Virus record (IMG/VR): IMGVR_UViG_3300043399_000371
Coordinates: 100,285 to 164,284 of that record
Length of the DNA stretch: 64,000 nucleotides
Direction: 5' to 3' (one strand)
From: a virus
Lineage: Duplodnaviria; Heunggongvirae; Uroviricota; Caudoviricetes
Shown: in pieces, positions 53,029 through 62,389 of the stretch
Numbering within the stretch: position 1 is the first letter of the stretch
How the letters are laid out: every line of letters begins with the position of its first letter
Notes under the pieces: generated by a model
Database searches by the model: none
What the model was told of the DNA's origin: nothing
The model's input: the letters and a program-made list of their open reading frames with translations, nothing else
Program-made: the position numbers and the translations under genes

Positions 53029-53234
53029 AGTCCCATCCCAAATTTATGTTGAATACAGGCAATTGCAGCGATCTTTGCAGTTCTATATGCAGGACTAGCA
53101 GCGCACCAAGTTGCAGGAATTGCCTCTTCGATTTGATTGATGCACTCCTTGATAATCATTTCGGCAATTTCAAAATGTTCATTTTCCGGGACAATACCTT
53201 TTTCTTTGATCATATCCCTAATTTGTTCGTACAT
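53025..53234 (-). CDS. hypothetical protein (start at MYEQ after upstream stop)
   Basis: TAAAATG coupling. Confidence 0.4.
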   Translation of the reverse strand: MYEQIRDMIKEKGIVPENEHFEIAEMIIKECINQIEEAIPATWCAASPAYRTAKIAAIACIQHKFGMGL

Positions 53235-53235
53235 T

Positions 53236-53385
53236 TTAGTACCACCCATATTCATCATTTTTAATATGCCGATCAGTTTTAAAAAAGAGTTTGTCCATGA
53301 TCATATAAGGCCCGAACACGATTGTGACAACAAATAGTAGCACGATGGTTCCGAGTGTGTCAAGGATTTCGTTTAGAAGACTCAT
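53236..53385 (-). CDS. small membrane protein (49 aa), not in ORF track
   Basis: RBS gaggg. MSLLNEILDTLGTIVLLFVVTIVFGPYMIM... Confidence 0.3.
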   Translation of the reverse strand: MSLLNEILDTLGTIVLLFVVTIVFGPYMIMDKLFFKTDRHIKNDEYGWY

Positions 53386-53480
53386 TGTTGTCCCTCAGTT
53401 GGTATCGATGAAACCAATTGTGCCTGACCCCCGTGAAGAAGTCAAGCACAATTTTTGTTGCTTTTTAACAACAGATAGTT

Positions 53481-53834
53481 TTAGAACATCCCGCCTGTTG
53501 TGTAGATAAAAATTTTCAACTTGTATTTCAATGCCAATTTGATCATATGCGCCGTGCCATTCGATTCCCCATCCCATACAGCAATAAGTGCATCAGCTAC
53601 CTTCGCCATCTCTTCATTCCTAAGATAGCCAGCACGTTTTCCATACCTATTCCAATCAGCAGGATGTTTTTCTATCTTAATATTGTTCTCTATAGCCCAT
53701 TGTTCACCAAAAGTATCAACACCCCTAGCACAACCCGACACTACGATATCAATATTAAATTTAGATTCTTCTATTGCTTTCCTAACTATTTCATAATCGA
53801 CAATAGACCTACTTCCAGCAATAATTACTTTCAT
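53481..53834 (-). CDS. DUF2493/SLOG-fold (YspA-like) protein
   Basis: MKVIIAGSRSI...VVSGCARGVDTFGEQWA...ADWNRYGKRAGYLRN...IAVWDGESNGT. Confidence 0.5.
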   Translation of the reverse strand: MKVIIAGSRSIVDYEIVRKAIEESKFNIDIVVSGCARGVDTFGEQWAIENNIKIEKHPADWNRYGKRAGYLRNEEMAKVADALIAVWDGESNGTAHMIKLALKYKLKIFIYTTGGMF

Positions 53835-54040
53835 TCGTTCTTTGGCATTGCGAAAATTTCAGATAGATATGCGAATACTTCTGCTTCAGTCTGACAAATA
53901 TACTTTCGGGTTAGGTAATTATCTCCAGCATCCCTACCAGTAAACTCTACCATAAAACCATTGTCATAGCGAAAAACATTAACATTCTCATCAACTTTTT
54001 TAACTTTACTGTCAATTTTCATTTCATCCCCTTTTACCAA
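53831..54040 (-). CDS. hypothetical protein
   Basis: 69-aa ORF. Confidence 0.4.
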   Translation of the reverse strand: MVKGDEMKIDSKVKKVDENVNVFRYDNGFMVEFTGRDAGDNYLTRKYICQTEAEVFAYLSEIFAMPKNE

Positions 54041-54357
54041 TTTTCACCTTTTTGGAAACCATCCAAAAATTCTTCATAATCATCTAATGATCTAAATGTG
54101 GGAATGTCTACTGCCCATTCCTCGACCTGTACTTCATTAAATTCCTCACCCCTGTTTTGAGCCGTTATAAATCGTGATGCCTTTTCTCTTGTGGCTTTTC
54201 CCTCAGGTGTTTCGTGGTATTCAATTAACTTCTTTCTTCTTACTTCTTTGTCCTGTTCCGTATGTTCTCGGACATTGGCACAAGATCGGGAACAAAATGT
54301 CCCCTTCTTGGTATGTTTTGAATTACATCTCGGACAGATTTTTTGTAGAGTCGTCAT
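54034..54357 (-). CDS. zinc-ribbon protein
   Basis: CPRCNSKH...CSRSC. Confidence 0.45.
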   Translation of the reverse strand: MTTLQKICPRCNSKHTKKGTFCSRSCANVREHTEQDKEVRRKKLIEYHETPEGKATREKASRFITAQNRGEEFNEVQVEEWAVDIPTFRSLDDYEEFLDGFQKGENW

Positions 54358-54485
54358 TTCTCGTTTTCATATGCTGATATAGTTTCAGATAATACTGAAA
54401 ACTTCTTGGGTAGTGTTCTGGGTTTGGAATTGCTTCTGCCCCAAATAAATCTACCATATCATTATATATTTTGATAATGTCTTCG

Positions 54486-54869
54486 TCACTCATCTTTACT
54501 TTCGATCTGTAGTTTCAGTTTCTCGTTCTCGGTTTTAAGTTTCTTGATTTCTCGCTTTAGTTCGTCAATCTGCATTTTCTTCCAACCAAGTTCATCATAT
54601 TTATCTTGAAGTGACTTAATTTCATCTCTATCAATTTCTCTTAGTCTGGATTCTGGATTTATAAAAATCTTTCCTCGATCCCAATCGAATCCAACAGACA
54701 ATGATTTTACCACAACAGAAGGAGTTCCACCAACTGATCCAACACGATACACAGGAATTACTACTGTATAATTTTCTGGGTTATCTCGACTTGCGTAACC
54801 AGTTGCACGATCATATGCAAAATCAACCGCTCGTTTCAGTTCTTCTAGATTCATTCTTTCTCCAACCAA
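54486..54869 (-). CDS. hypothetical protein with C-terminal coiled coil
   Basis: 127-aa ORF. Confidence 0.45.
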   Translation of the reverse strand: MVGERMNLEELKRAVDFAYDRATGYASRDNPENYTVVIPVYRVGSVGGTPSVVVKSLSVGFDWDRGKIFINPESRLREIDRDEIKSLQDKYDELGWKKMQIDELKREIKKLKTENEKLKLQIESKDE

Positions 54870-55084
54870 TCTGAAAAATCTTGAATAGTGAATGTGTTAC
54901 TATCTTTTATGCCCGAACTCAGAAGATAAACCACAAACATTTCTTTACTTGAAAACCAAACATTCAATAGCTGATTACCACCACAAAATGTTTCTTCAAA
55001 ATCTGATGGGCATTCTTGACTATTGTGGATAGTATTTTCTAGGATTTCAATCCAAGGAACAACATTTTCGATTACTTCATTCAT
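54851..55084 (-). CDS. hypothetical protein
   Basis: 77-aa ORF. Confidence 0.4.
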   Translation of the reverse strand: MNEVIENVVPWIEILENTIHNSQECPSDFEETFCGGNQLLNVWFSSKEMFVVYLLSSGIKDSNTFTIQDFSDWLEKE

Positions 55085-56370
55085 TTAATCACCTCACTTG
55101 AGTCTGCTTCTGATTTATCTAGCCTTAGTTCTAGGAAAATAGGAAGGAATAGACTTTCCTTGTTTTGTTTATTCTTGATTCTGGCATTATACTTGACTGC
55201 TACGATTTTGCCAAGTAGTTTTTCTTCCAGAAGTGTTTTTCGTTGTTCGTCTGTAAACCCCGAACCAACAGAGACTTCGATTACACCATCAGAAGATTGA
55301 CAGATAATAGCACCAAGCATTCGTTCATACTTACCCGTGCCAGCCTCAACACCAGTAATAATTAGATCACAATCAAGTTCTGCCTTGAATTTAATCTGAG
55401 ACTTGGTTCGTTTGTTCTCCCAAATACCATTAAAGTCTTTCAGAATAATGCCTTCTTGACCTTCACTTAGATAATCATTGAAGATTTTTCTTGCTTCATC
55501 AATATTAGATACAACATTAGAATTCACAAGTTTAATCTTGCTTGGTAGATCCATCATAGACAGAGAACCAAACCTTTCAACATAAGGAGTTTTATAAACT
55601 CCCTTTACGAAAGCATCATATTCAACCTTATCCCAAATGGTAGCATGAATTTTTGCTGCCTCTTCATCCGAGATAGTATTCTTGACTGCCTTGTTTAGAA
55701 TTCCATTGCCAGTCTGACGATCAGCATATTTGTCGCCTTCCATGACAAGAAGTTCACCATCAAATACTAGATTCTCGTTATTTGCAAGTTGAAGAAATTC
55801 GGATTCAAGATTACCTAGAAGATCAATCTGTTTACCATTCCTAGTACGAAATTCGACCTTACCATCTTTCACAATAGCATTGAATCGCATACCATCCATT
55901 TTCAATTGAACATATGCGGGAAACTTAATTTTATCAATCAATTTGTCTTCGTATGGTGAACAGAGCATACATGGATAATCAGCAACAAGATCCTTCCAAA
56001 CAGCATTTGCAGTTGCAGTCGATACCCCACACTTTAGGTCTTTCTGAATAATTCGCTCAATGACTTTTGCATCATCTTGATCCATAGACTCAAGAATAGA
56101 TTTTAGATGTTGAATTCCAGCATTACCAGTATGAGTACGATTTGAAAGCTTATTCAGTTCACTTAATGCCCAACCAAGATCAACAAATGGAAGATCTAGC
56201 CTCGTTTGATACTGAGGAATCTTACGAATATAAAATTGCGTAAATGGATCAAGAGTAAGAAAAATTACTTTTTTAAGAATAACATTATTCTGATTTTTCT
56301 TAAGTTGTTCGATCTTATAATTCCTTGACGTATTAGCTGCAAGATCTTCAAAGAATTTGTTGATATTCAT
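55081..56370 (-). CDS. 30: ATP-dependent DNA ligase (T4 gp30-like)
   Basis: Motif I LKMDGMRF (KxDGxR), 429 aa. Downstream blocks EGIILKD and FKAELDCDLII. Confidence 0.75.
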   Translation of the reverse strand: MNINKFFEDLAANTSRNYKIEQLKKNQNNVILKKVIFLTLDPFTQFYIRKIPQYQTRLDLPFVDLGWALSELNKLSNRTHTGNAGIQHLKSILESMDQDDAKVIERIIQKDLKCGVSTATANAVWKDLVADYPCMLCSPYEDKLIDKIKFPAYVQLKMDGMRFNAIVKDGKVEFRTRNGKQIDLLGNLESEFLQLANNENLVFDGELLVMEGDKYADRQTGNGILNKAVKNTISDEEAAKIHATIWDKVEYDAFVKGVYKTPYVERFGSLSMMDLPSKIKLVNSNVVSNIDEARKIFNDYLSEGQEGIILKDFNGIWENKRTKSQIKFKAELDCDLIITGVEAGTGKYERMLGAIICQSSDGVIEVSVGSGFTDEQRKTLLEEKLLGKIVAVKYNARIKNKQNKESLFLPIFLELRLDKSEADSSEVIK

Positions 56371-56495
56371 TTACGTTCCTTTTTCGGTGCAGAGCAAAGA
56401 TAACAAACCTTTTTTACTGGTTCTGGTTTTTTGACTTCTGGTTCTTGTTTTTTGACAATTCCCTTAGTCAATAGTGCTGGAATTTGTTTAATCAT
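56367..56495 (-). CDS. small basic Cys-containing protein (42 aa), not in ORF track
   Basis: ATGA overlap with the ligase start. Confidence 0.3.
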   Translation of the reverse strand: MIKQIPALLTKGIVKKQEPEVKKPEPVKKVCYLCSAPKKERK

Positions 56496-57054
56496 AAGAA
56501 AGCACCCATCCCCTTTCTACAAATTTGTCAACTCGTTTTTGTTTTGCAAGAATAATATTAATTGGAAGAAGCTTTTTACTCTTAATACACTCATACTGAT
56601 TTTTTGAAATGTAATATTTGTCAGCAGAAATGTCATAGTAAGGCAAAGTGTGATAAAAGTCAAACTCTTTATGTGCCTGTTCAAATGGTGCCATAACAAT
56701 CGTTTGCATTTCGTTTTTGAATGTATATGCGTTATTGGTCACAACCTTATTTGCCACGGTTCCATTAGACATTTCATAATTTGGATCACAATCTTTAACA
56801 CTATCCCAAATATTGTTGTCTTTCATATAAGTGTGAAATTCATTGATCGCATCGTATGTCTTAAAATACATATCAACATCATTATATTTTTCATTATGAA
56901 TTAGAGACGCAGAAATTCCACCAGTAACAATACAATTATTGAAAAGAAGATCTTTTAACTCTTTGTCGAAATCATTCAATTTTAGATACACGATAGTTTT
57001 AATTTTCTGTTTCGTGAGTTCAATTTCAGTTCTCTCTTCAGTAGTAAACATCAC
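56488..57054 (-). CDS. hypothetical protein
   Basis: 188-aa ORF starting GTGATG. Confidence 0.5.
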   Translation of the reverse strand: MMFTTEERTEIELTKQKIKTIVYLKLNDFDKELKDLLFNNCIVTGGISASLIHNEKYNDVDMYFKTYDAINEFHTYMKDNNIWDSVKDCDPNYEMSNGTVANKVVTNNAYTFKNEMQTIVMAPFEQAHKEFDFYHTLPYYDISADKYYISKNQYECIKSKKLLPINIILAKQKRVDKFVERGWVLSYD

Positions 57055-57230
57055 TTCTCCAATAATTTAAATTTAATTTCCCCATCGTTTTTCTCGTAGG
57101 ACCAAGACTGATTGCAAGTCCAGCATCTTACCATACCGATTGTGTTATTGCAAGGAATTTTTTCGCGTGTGGGGGAATTTGGGTCCACATTAAAAAGACA
57201 TTCGTATTTACAATGTGGACTTGGGTGCAT
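57051..57230 (-). CDS. zinc-ribbon small protein (59 aa), not in ORF track
   Basis: HCKYEC...CWTC. TAATG coupling with the rubredoxin-like ORF. Confidence 0.4.
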   Translation of the reverse strand: MHPSPHCKYECLFNVDPNSPTREKIPCNNTIGMVRCWTCNQSWSYEKNDGEIKFKLLEK

Positions 57231-57364
57231 TATAGCTCTACCAATTCGTAGTCTGATTTGCTAACACCACATTCGGGGCAGCAAACATCATCAGGTAGTG
57301 ATTCCCAATCTTCAACCGACAGAATATGACCACAAACAATACAACGCATTACTTTATTATCCAT
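57230..57364 (-). CDS. rubredoxin-like small protein (44 aa), not in ORF track
   Basis: CIVCGH...CCPECG. TAATG coupling to the rubrerythrin stop. Confidence 0.5.
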   Translation of the reverse strand: MDNKVMRCIVCGHILSVEDWESLPDDVCCPECGVSKSDYELVEL

Positions 57365-57813
57365 TATAGTGTCTCCTTAATTTTTTGATACGCTTCTGCA
57401 TGACGTTTTTCAACTTTGGCTAGTGCGGCAAATCGTTTCTTTGCCAGTTCTAAAACTTTTTTAAATTGTTCTGCGTGTTCTTCTGATTCTTTAATTTGAA
57501 GGCGAGCCTCTTGTGCAGCAACCATATCACCTTCATTTAATGCTACAGCCTCAAAATGCGGATACATTTGAGTATATTCATAGGTTTCACCTTCGATTGC
57601 TTTTTCAAGACATTCTTTGGTATTTGGTTTACCAATTAGCAGTTCAAGATGACCCCATGCGTGTAGGATTTCTTGATCTGCGGTATGTTCAAAATGTTTT
57701 GCAACATCTTCAAATCCTTCTTCACGGGCAATCTTTGCAAAATAGCGATATTTGATATGCGCCATTGATTCACCCGCAAGTGCAGACTCTAGATTTTTCA
57801 TTGTAACTGACAT
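57364..57813 (-). CDS. rubrerythrin/ferritin-like diiron protein (lacking fused rubredoxin domain)
   Basis: ALAGESMAHIKYRYFAKIAREEG...EILHAW...EGETYEYTQMYP. Confidence 0.65.
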   Translation of the reverse strand: MSVTMKNLESALAGESMAHIKYRYFAKIAREEGFEDVAKHFEHTADQEILHAWGHLELLIGKPNTKECLEKAIEGETYEYTQMYPHFEAVALNEGDMVAAQEARLQIKESEEHAEQFKKVLELAKKRFAALAKVEKRHAEAYQKIKETL

Positions 57814-57826
57814 TATTTCTCCTTTA

Positions 57827-58339
57827 TTAATCGTGTTCGAATTCTTCTACTTCAAAACCATCTCGGGTTGCATATACTACAACATGATCACCAAAAACTT
57901 CTAGAAAAAAATCATCTGGAATTTGACTCAGTTGGTGACGAAGATTTTCCATGTTTTCGGTTACACTTTCTGGAACCAGTTCATGATTATGACCACCATA
58001 GTCGGGATCATCGACCCAGACATTTTCTTCATCGTCACCAGTATATTGACCATATTGAATAACACCGTACTCTTTTGCATTGGTTGCAAATGCAATATAA
58101 GCATAACAACTAAATGTGCAGGGAGAACCATCATTAAAATATGGTGTATATTGTCGCCAACCAATATAATTTACTTCTGGATTCTGTTCAAAAAACTCAG
58201 CAAATAAAAGATTGAATTCTTCTTTCACCTTTGCCTGAAACTGTGCTTTCTGTTCTGCAAATTCTGCTACCAGTTTATCAATTTTGCTCATAATATTAAT
58301 CCTCAAGTTTAATAGTTCGACGTTTCTTTTCTGTACCAC
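57827..58339 (-). CDS. hypothetical acidic protein
   Basis: 170-aa ORF. Confidence 0.45.
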   Translation of the reverse strand: MVQKRNVELLNLRINIMSKIDKLVAEFAEQKAQFQAKVKEEFNLLFAEFFEQNPEVNYIGWRQYTPYFNDGSPCTFSCYAYIAFATNAKEYGVIQYGQYTGDDEENVWVDDPDYGGHNHELVPESVTENMENLRHQLSQIPDDFFLEVFGDHVVVYATRDGFEVEEFEHD

Positions 58340-58646
58340 TCATCCAAGGTTCGATTGACATATTCTTTAAATATTGTTCCATTGTGGGTATAAATCCAAG
58401 ATCCTGAAGAATGTGATCCTCTGCTACATCACGGGGCGAATATTCTTTTCCCGCAGAATTTACCCGTGTTCGACCAAAAATCTTTTCAACAAGAAAACAA
58501 CCAAAAGCAGAGTGCAGTATAGCACGATGCCTTACATCTGGCAATGCTGCTTTCGTTGAATCAATGAAGTCATCGATGTCTGCATAATCATCAGCAACAC
58601 CACCAAATTTTTTTGCATGGATTCTTGCATGAAGATAAGGTTTCAT
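58296..58646 (-). CDS. hypothetical protein
   Basis: 116-aa ORF. Confidence 0.45.
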   Translation of the reverse strand: MKPYLHARIHAKKFGGVADDYADIDDFIDSTKAALPDVRHRAILHSAFGCFLVEKIFGRTRVNSAGKEYSPRDVAEDHILQDLGFIPTMEQYLKNMSIEPWMSGTEKKRRTIKLED

Positions 58647-58813
58647 TTCAAATTTCCAATCATCATCAAAATGCTAGGCATACTAAACATTAATGCACAT
58701 AACCAGAAAAAGCTAGATTTATACCAAGGCGCATATTCGATCCTCAATAAATCACATACTTCTTTTTGCGACATATTACTAACATCAATATAACAAATTT
58801 TTCGATCTTTCAT
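58643..58813 (-). CDS. small membrane protein (internal start MKDRKICY of track ORF 58643..58936)
   Basis: Shortened to remove a 120-nt out-of-frame overlap with the Lar-like gene. Confidence 0.35.
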   Translation of the reverse strand: MKDRKICYIDVSNMSQKEVCDLLRIEYAPWYKSSFFWLCALMFSMPSILMMIGNLK

Positions 58814-58814
58814 T

Positions 58815-59030
58815 TCATTCGGCTTTCCTTTTATTCCAAGATTTAATTGCTTCTTCTTTTGAATCACCAAGAATCGATGCATCACAACCGCCAGCATTAC
58901 CTTGACAAACAACTCGCCAAATATGGTAGTTACCAAACTGATCTCTTGCGACAGGATAAACTGTGTCCAAAATATCCTGCTTATTTAGATCGTTGCCGCA
59001 AAATGGGCATAGTTTAAATTTCTTGGTCAT
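58815..59030 (-). CDS. Lar-family restriction-alleviation-like zinc-ribbon protein
   Basis: KLCPFCGND...WRVVCQGNAGGCDAS...EEAIKSWNKR. Confidence 0.5.
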   Translation of the reverse strand: MTKKFKLCPFCGNDLNKQDILDTVYPVARDQFGNYHIWRVVCQGNAGGCDASILGDSKEEAIKSWNKRKAE

Positions 59031-59197
59031 TTCACACAAGATTTTTCTGTTGGTCGTTTGAAATCTTCGTCCCAATACTTCTGATGGATTTTACCATCAA
59101 TACATTCATTTGACGGTGTTGTTACGGAAATAGTGTAAAAACAAAATAGAACGAATACACCAACAATAGTGTAAAATATGATGTGATCAATTTTCAT
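59027..59197 (-). CDS. small membrane protein (56 aa), not in ORF track
   Basis: ATGA overlaps at both ends. Hydrophobic N-terminus. Confidence 0.35.
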   Translation of the reverse strand: MKIDHIIFYTIVGVFVLFCFYTISVTTPSNECIDGKIHQKYWDEDFKRPTEKSCVK

Positions 59198-59487
59198 TCA
59201 AATCCTTCATTCATTTTGAGATATTCAATATACTGATCAATATCCATAATCTTTACTTCGTCACATTTAAACCCAGGTTCCCAGTCATATAGAAACCACT
59301 CTACTGATGATGTATGTTCCTCAAATACGATTTTCATCATCATTTCATAATCACGAATTAGAAGATCGGAATATAGATTATCATAGATTGCATCACGAAT
59401 GTCAAGAGGTACGCTATCAATATAGTTATCTCGTTCTACTTTATTTTCATAAAGCTTGCGGAAAATAGTTTCTTTTTTCATCATCAA
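59194..59487 (-). CDS. hypothetical protein
   Basis: 97-aa ORF. Confidence 0.45.
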   Translation of the reverse strand: MMMKKETIFRKLYENKVERDNYIDSVPLDIRDAIYDNLYSDLLIRDYEMMMKIVFEEHTSSVEWFLYDWEPGFKCDEVKIMDIDQYIEYLKMNEGFE

Positions 59488-59834
59488 GTCCTACGTTCAG
59501 GTTGTTGTGTTGTTTTACTCTTACAGGGCATCCAAGTAGAGAGTGTAGCATAAATTATCGAATCCGCAGTTTTATTTCGGTATTCGGGAAGCTTTTCAAG
59601 TGAATTCCTAATAATATCTCGGATCTGCCCAAGAGTCACTTCTCCTTGTGGACAAAAACTAGTTCCGGTCAATGTATCGGCAACTCCAGCAACATAACCA
59701 AGAGCAAAAGACTTTTCTTCTACATTTCCAGTCATAAATGAATAAAGCTTGTTACCAGAAAGGAATTCTGCATTTGCTGACATAGAAATAAAAAGAAGAG
59801 ATGAAACAATTAGTTTTTTAATCATTTTCCACAC
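59484..59834 (-). CDS. secreted Rap1a/Tai4-like (T6SS amidase-immunity-like) protein
   Basis: Signal peptide. FLSGNKLYSFMTG...ALGYVAGVADTL resembles the Rap1a family signature. Confidence 0.45.
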   Translation of the reverse strand: MWKMIKKLIVSSLLFISMSANAEFLSGNKLYSFMTGNVEEKSFALGYVAGVADTLTGTSFCPQGEVTLGQIRDIIRNSLEKLPEYRNKTADSIIYATLSTWMPCKSKTTQQPERRT

Positions 59835-59969
59835 CTTTCAAAATGGTTTCCAACAATCGAAGATAACCAATAGCTTCGCCAACTGCTTTTGCATCCGTTA
59901 GATATGTGACATTCATTGAACGAAGTTGTTCGATAAGTGGTGGAAGTCTTTTTTGAATATTATCATAGT

Positions 59970-60533
59970 TCATAGATTTGTTTTCCCGTGATGTGACCGA
60001 ACTTTTTTATTGGAAAGAAGTGCATCTATTTCTTCCCATGACCAAAGACCCATATCCTTTTGTGGTCGAGCATCAATACCAACATCAATTGCTCGACCAT
60101 CAATCTGCACATTTCCATGAACATGACCGAAAAGATGATAAGAACCGTAGTGCATCTTTTCCCATTCATAGATTGGATAGTGAAACATGATAACATCTTT
60201 CCCATCAAGTTTCAACTTTTTGTAGTGCTGAATACTCTCAAAGTATTTCGACATATTATTATAATTTTTGGTAAGCCATTGATCATGGTTTCCAAAAATG
60301 AAATGGAGTCTACCTTTGAGTTGTTTCAGAATCTCTTCTGTCTTCTTACTATCCCGGAATGAGAAATCACCCAGAAGATATACCTCATCAGTCAGAGAAA
60401 CTGTATCATTCCAGATTTGAATCATTTCAGCATCCATCTCATCTGCCACAGAATGACCTTTGCGAGTCTCTGGGGCAAATTTCATGATTGATTTGTGGCC
60501 GAAATGGTTGTCACTTGTAAACCAAATAGTCAT
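59970..60533 (-). CDS. calcineurin-like metallophosphoesterase (candidate RNA end-healing phosphatase)
   Basis: SDNHFGH...LLGDFSF...GNHD...GHVH. 4-nt overlap with the downstream Rnl1-like gene. Confidence 0.65.
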   Translation of the reverse strand: MTIWFTSDNHFGHKSIMKFAPETRKGHSVADEMDAEMIQIWNDTVSLTDEVYLLGDFSFRDSKKTEEILKQLKGRLHFIFGNHDQWLTKNYNNMSKYFESIQHYKKLKLDGKDVIMFHYPIYEWEKMHYGSYHLFGHVHGNVQIDGRAIDVGIDARPQKDMGLWSWEEIDALLSNKKVRSHHGKTNL

Positions 60534-61387
60534 TTAATATTATCCTGAATAAAATTACGCATATATTCTAGTCGCATCTGTTCATCCATCATTGTAAACT
60601 GATCACCAATAGAAGTCAAGTGGTCAATCAAAGGATAGTATTCCTCATCGACAAGTTTTTTATTTAGTGAGAAAATATCCTTCTTACGGGCAATAGCTTT
60701 CAAAGTCAAATAATAAGGAGACTTCAGTTTAAGAACTTTTCCCGACTGTTGCCCGTAAACAACAACCCCTTCATGATGAGACAATTTTACTTCATTGACA
60801 ATATTTGAAAACCTTGAAATGCCCCAATGTGGTCGCATAACATCAAAAGCGTTAGCAATCAAATCCAAATCTTCTTCATGCTTCAAGCTAGAGAAATATG
60901 GAGAAGAATCATTAACATCTCGCGCACCAATCAGATATGCACCAACTTTTTCAGGAATGATATGTGGATCATCGGAATCAACAATTTCAAAAATATAGGT
61001 ATACTTCTGCTCTCGGATAAGTGGCTCCAGATGCTCAAGATATTTCTTAGCGATATCCACAAAAATAGAATCCAATGATCCTGTTGTGGAAATAACAACA
61101 TCGTTCACTTCTGGAACCCAAGTTGCCGCTGCCATGAAACCATTGATTTTATTGACATATAGGCACACTTCATCACGGTCAATATCCATACCATTTTCAA
61201 ATCGATTGAAGATTTTGGTGAATGGACGGATTACAATTTTGCCATCAGAAGTCTCAACGTGTCCGCGAGATTCAATCAGTTCTGGATCTTGATTCCAGAG
61301 ATTGTCAAAGAAAACTTTTTTGACATATTTCTTGACAAATAGTCCCGGATACCGTTTGGATTCTTTTCGTGTGATCAATGGTTTCAT
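60530..61387 (-). CDS. rnlA: RNA ligase 1 (T4 RnlA-like)
   Basis: IESRGHVETSDGKIVIRPFTKIFNRFE aligns to T4 Rnl1 [30 protein letters not shown]. Motif I is VNKINGF (K-x-N/D-G). Confidence 0.6.
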   Translation of the reverse strand: MKPLITRKESKRYPGLFVKKYVKKVFFDNLWNQDPELIESRGHVETSDGKIVIRPFTKIFNRFENGMDIDRDEVCLYVNKINGFMAAATWVPEVNDVVISTTGSLDSIFVDIAKKYLEHLEPLIREQKYTYIFEIVDSDDPHIIPEKVGAYLIGARDVNDSSPYFSSLKHEEDLDLIANAFDVMRPHWGISRFSNIVNEVKLSHHEGVVVYGQQSGKVLKLKSPYYLTLKAIARKKDIFSLNKKLVDEEYYPLIDHLTSIGDQFTMMDEQMRLEYMRNFIQDNIK

Positions 61388-61438
61388 GTCATTCCTCTCG
61401 TTGTCAGGACTCCATTAGAACACGAATTTCATCATCTG

Positions 61439-61702
61439 TCAAGTCTCTTTTCCTTTCAAATACACTTCTAATGTTTTTGCAGAAAGGTCCAGATATGCAG
61501 ATCCGTCTTCAAATTCAACAAATGCGGCATCTGGATCATTAATAATAACTTCAAGATCGGGATGCGTCAGAATATAATCTTTGTATTGAAAGTCTGCAAA
61601 ATACTTTCGAAAAATAGTTTGCTTTCCATCAAATGTTGTAAAGATTACACCAGTTTCGCCATTTGCACAATCTTCACTAATTAGTTTTCGTTTCATTTTC
61701 AA
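61439..61702 (-). CDS. hypothetical protein
   Basis: 87-aa ORF. Confidence 0.45.
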   Translation of the reverse strand: MKMKRKLISEDCANGETGVIFTTFDGKQTIFRKYFADFQYKDYILTHPDLEVIINDPDAAFVEFEDGSAYLDLSAKTLEVYLKGKET

Positions 61703-62094
61703 TCCTCAACAAACATTTTATATTCAAGATCGGCAATCAAAGCACGAATTCTTGTTGTATCTTCATCATGAAGTGCAGATTTCATTTCAATAAGAATTGG
61801 TCTAAATTCACCAAATACTTCCTCGATCATTGCACGTTTCACATCGTATAATACTTCTTTAAATTCTTCTTCTTGTGATCCATAGTTTTTATGGAATGTT
61901 TCTTTCACCCAAGCGTTTGCTGAAAGTTTAGTTTGAATCAAAACTTCTTTTGCAATATTGTATGTCCCATATGTTTCTCGCATATGAATATCAACATCGG
62001 TATATCGAAATTTCATATCACGGATTGCTTTTTTATTGCCCGTGAGAGCATAGGTAATTGCTTTAGCTAATTTTGACATTTTTAAGTTCCTCAA
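61699..62094 (-). CDS. hypothetical protein
   Basis: 131-aa ORF. Confidence 0.45.
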   Translation of the reverse strand: MRNLKMSKLAKAITYALTGNKKAIRDMKFRYTDVDIHMRETYGTYNIAKEVLIQTKLSANAWVKETFHKNYGSQEEEFKEVLYDVKRAMIEEVFGEFRPILIEMKSALHDEDTTRIRALIADLEYKMFVED

Positions 62095-62389
62095 TTTGTT
62101 TTTTCAGAAGTTTAATCTCAGATTTAAGCCCTCGATTTTCATAGTCTGCCCAACCAGCTCGATCTTGCATTTCACGCATTTGTTTTGCGAAATCACGATC
62201 AGATGGAGTTAGGTCTTCATCGGGGATAATAATAAATTTACCCGCTTCGAAATCGAAGCCACTATTAGCAAATTTAACAGGAACCATTGGTCTTGAACCA
62301 ACTGTAGAATATGGTAGTTTAATAAGAACCATTACCTGTTCATAATCATCAATGCGTTCTAGGATTCGCTTTAGTTCATGCACTTTCAT
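62063..62389 (-). CDS. hypothetical protein (start trimmed to MKVHELKR)
   Basis: Trimmed to reduce overlap with ORF 62376..62564. Confidence 0.4.
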   Translation of the reverse strand: MKVHELKRILERIDDYEQVMVLIKLPYSTVGSRPMVPVKFANSGFDFEAGKFIIIPDEDLTPSDRDFAKQMREMQDRAGWADYENRGLKSEIKLLKKQIEELKNVKIS

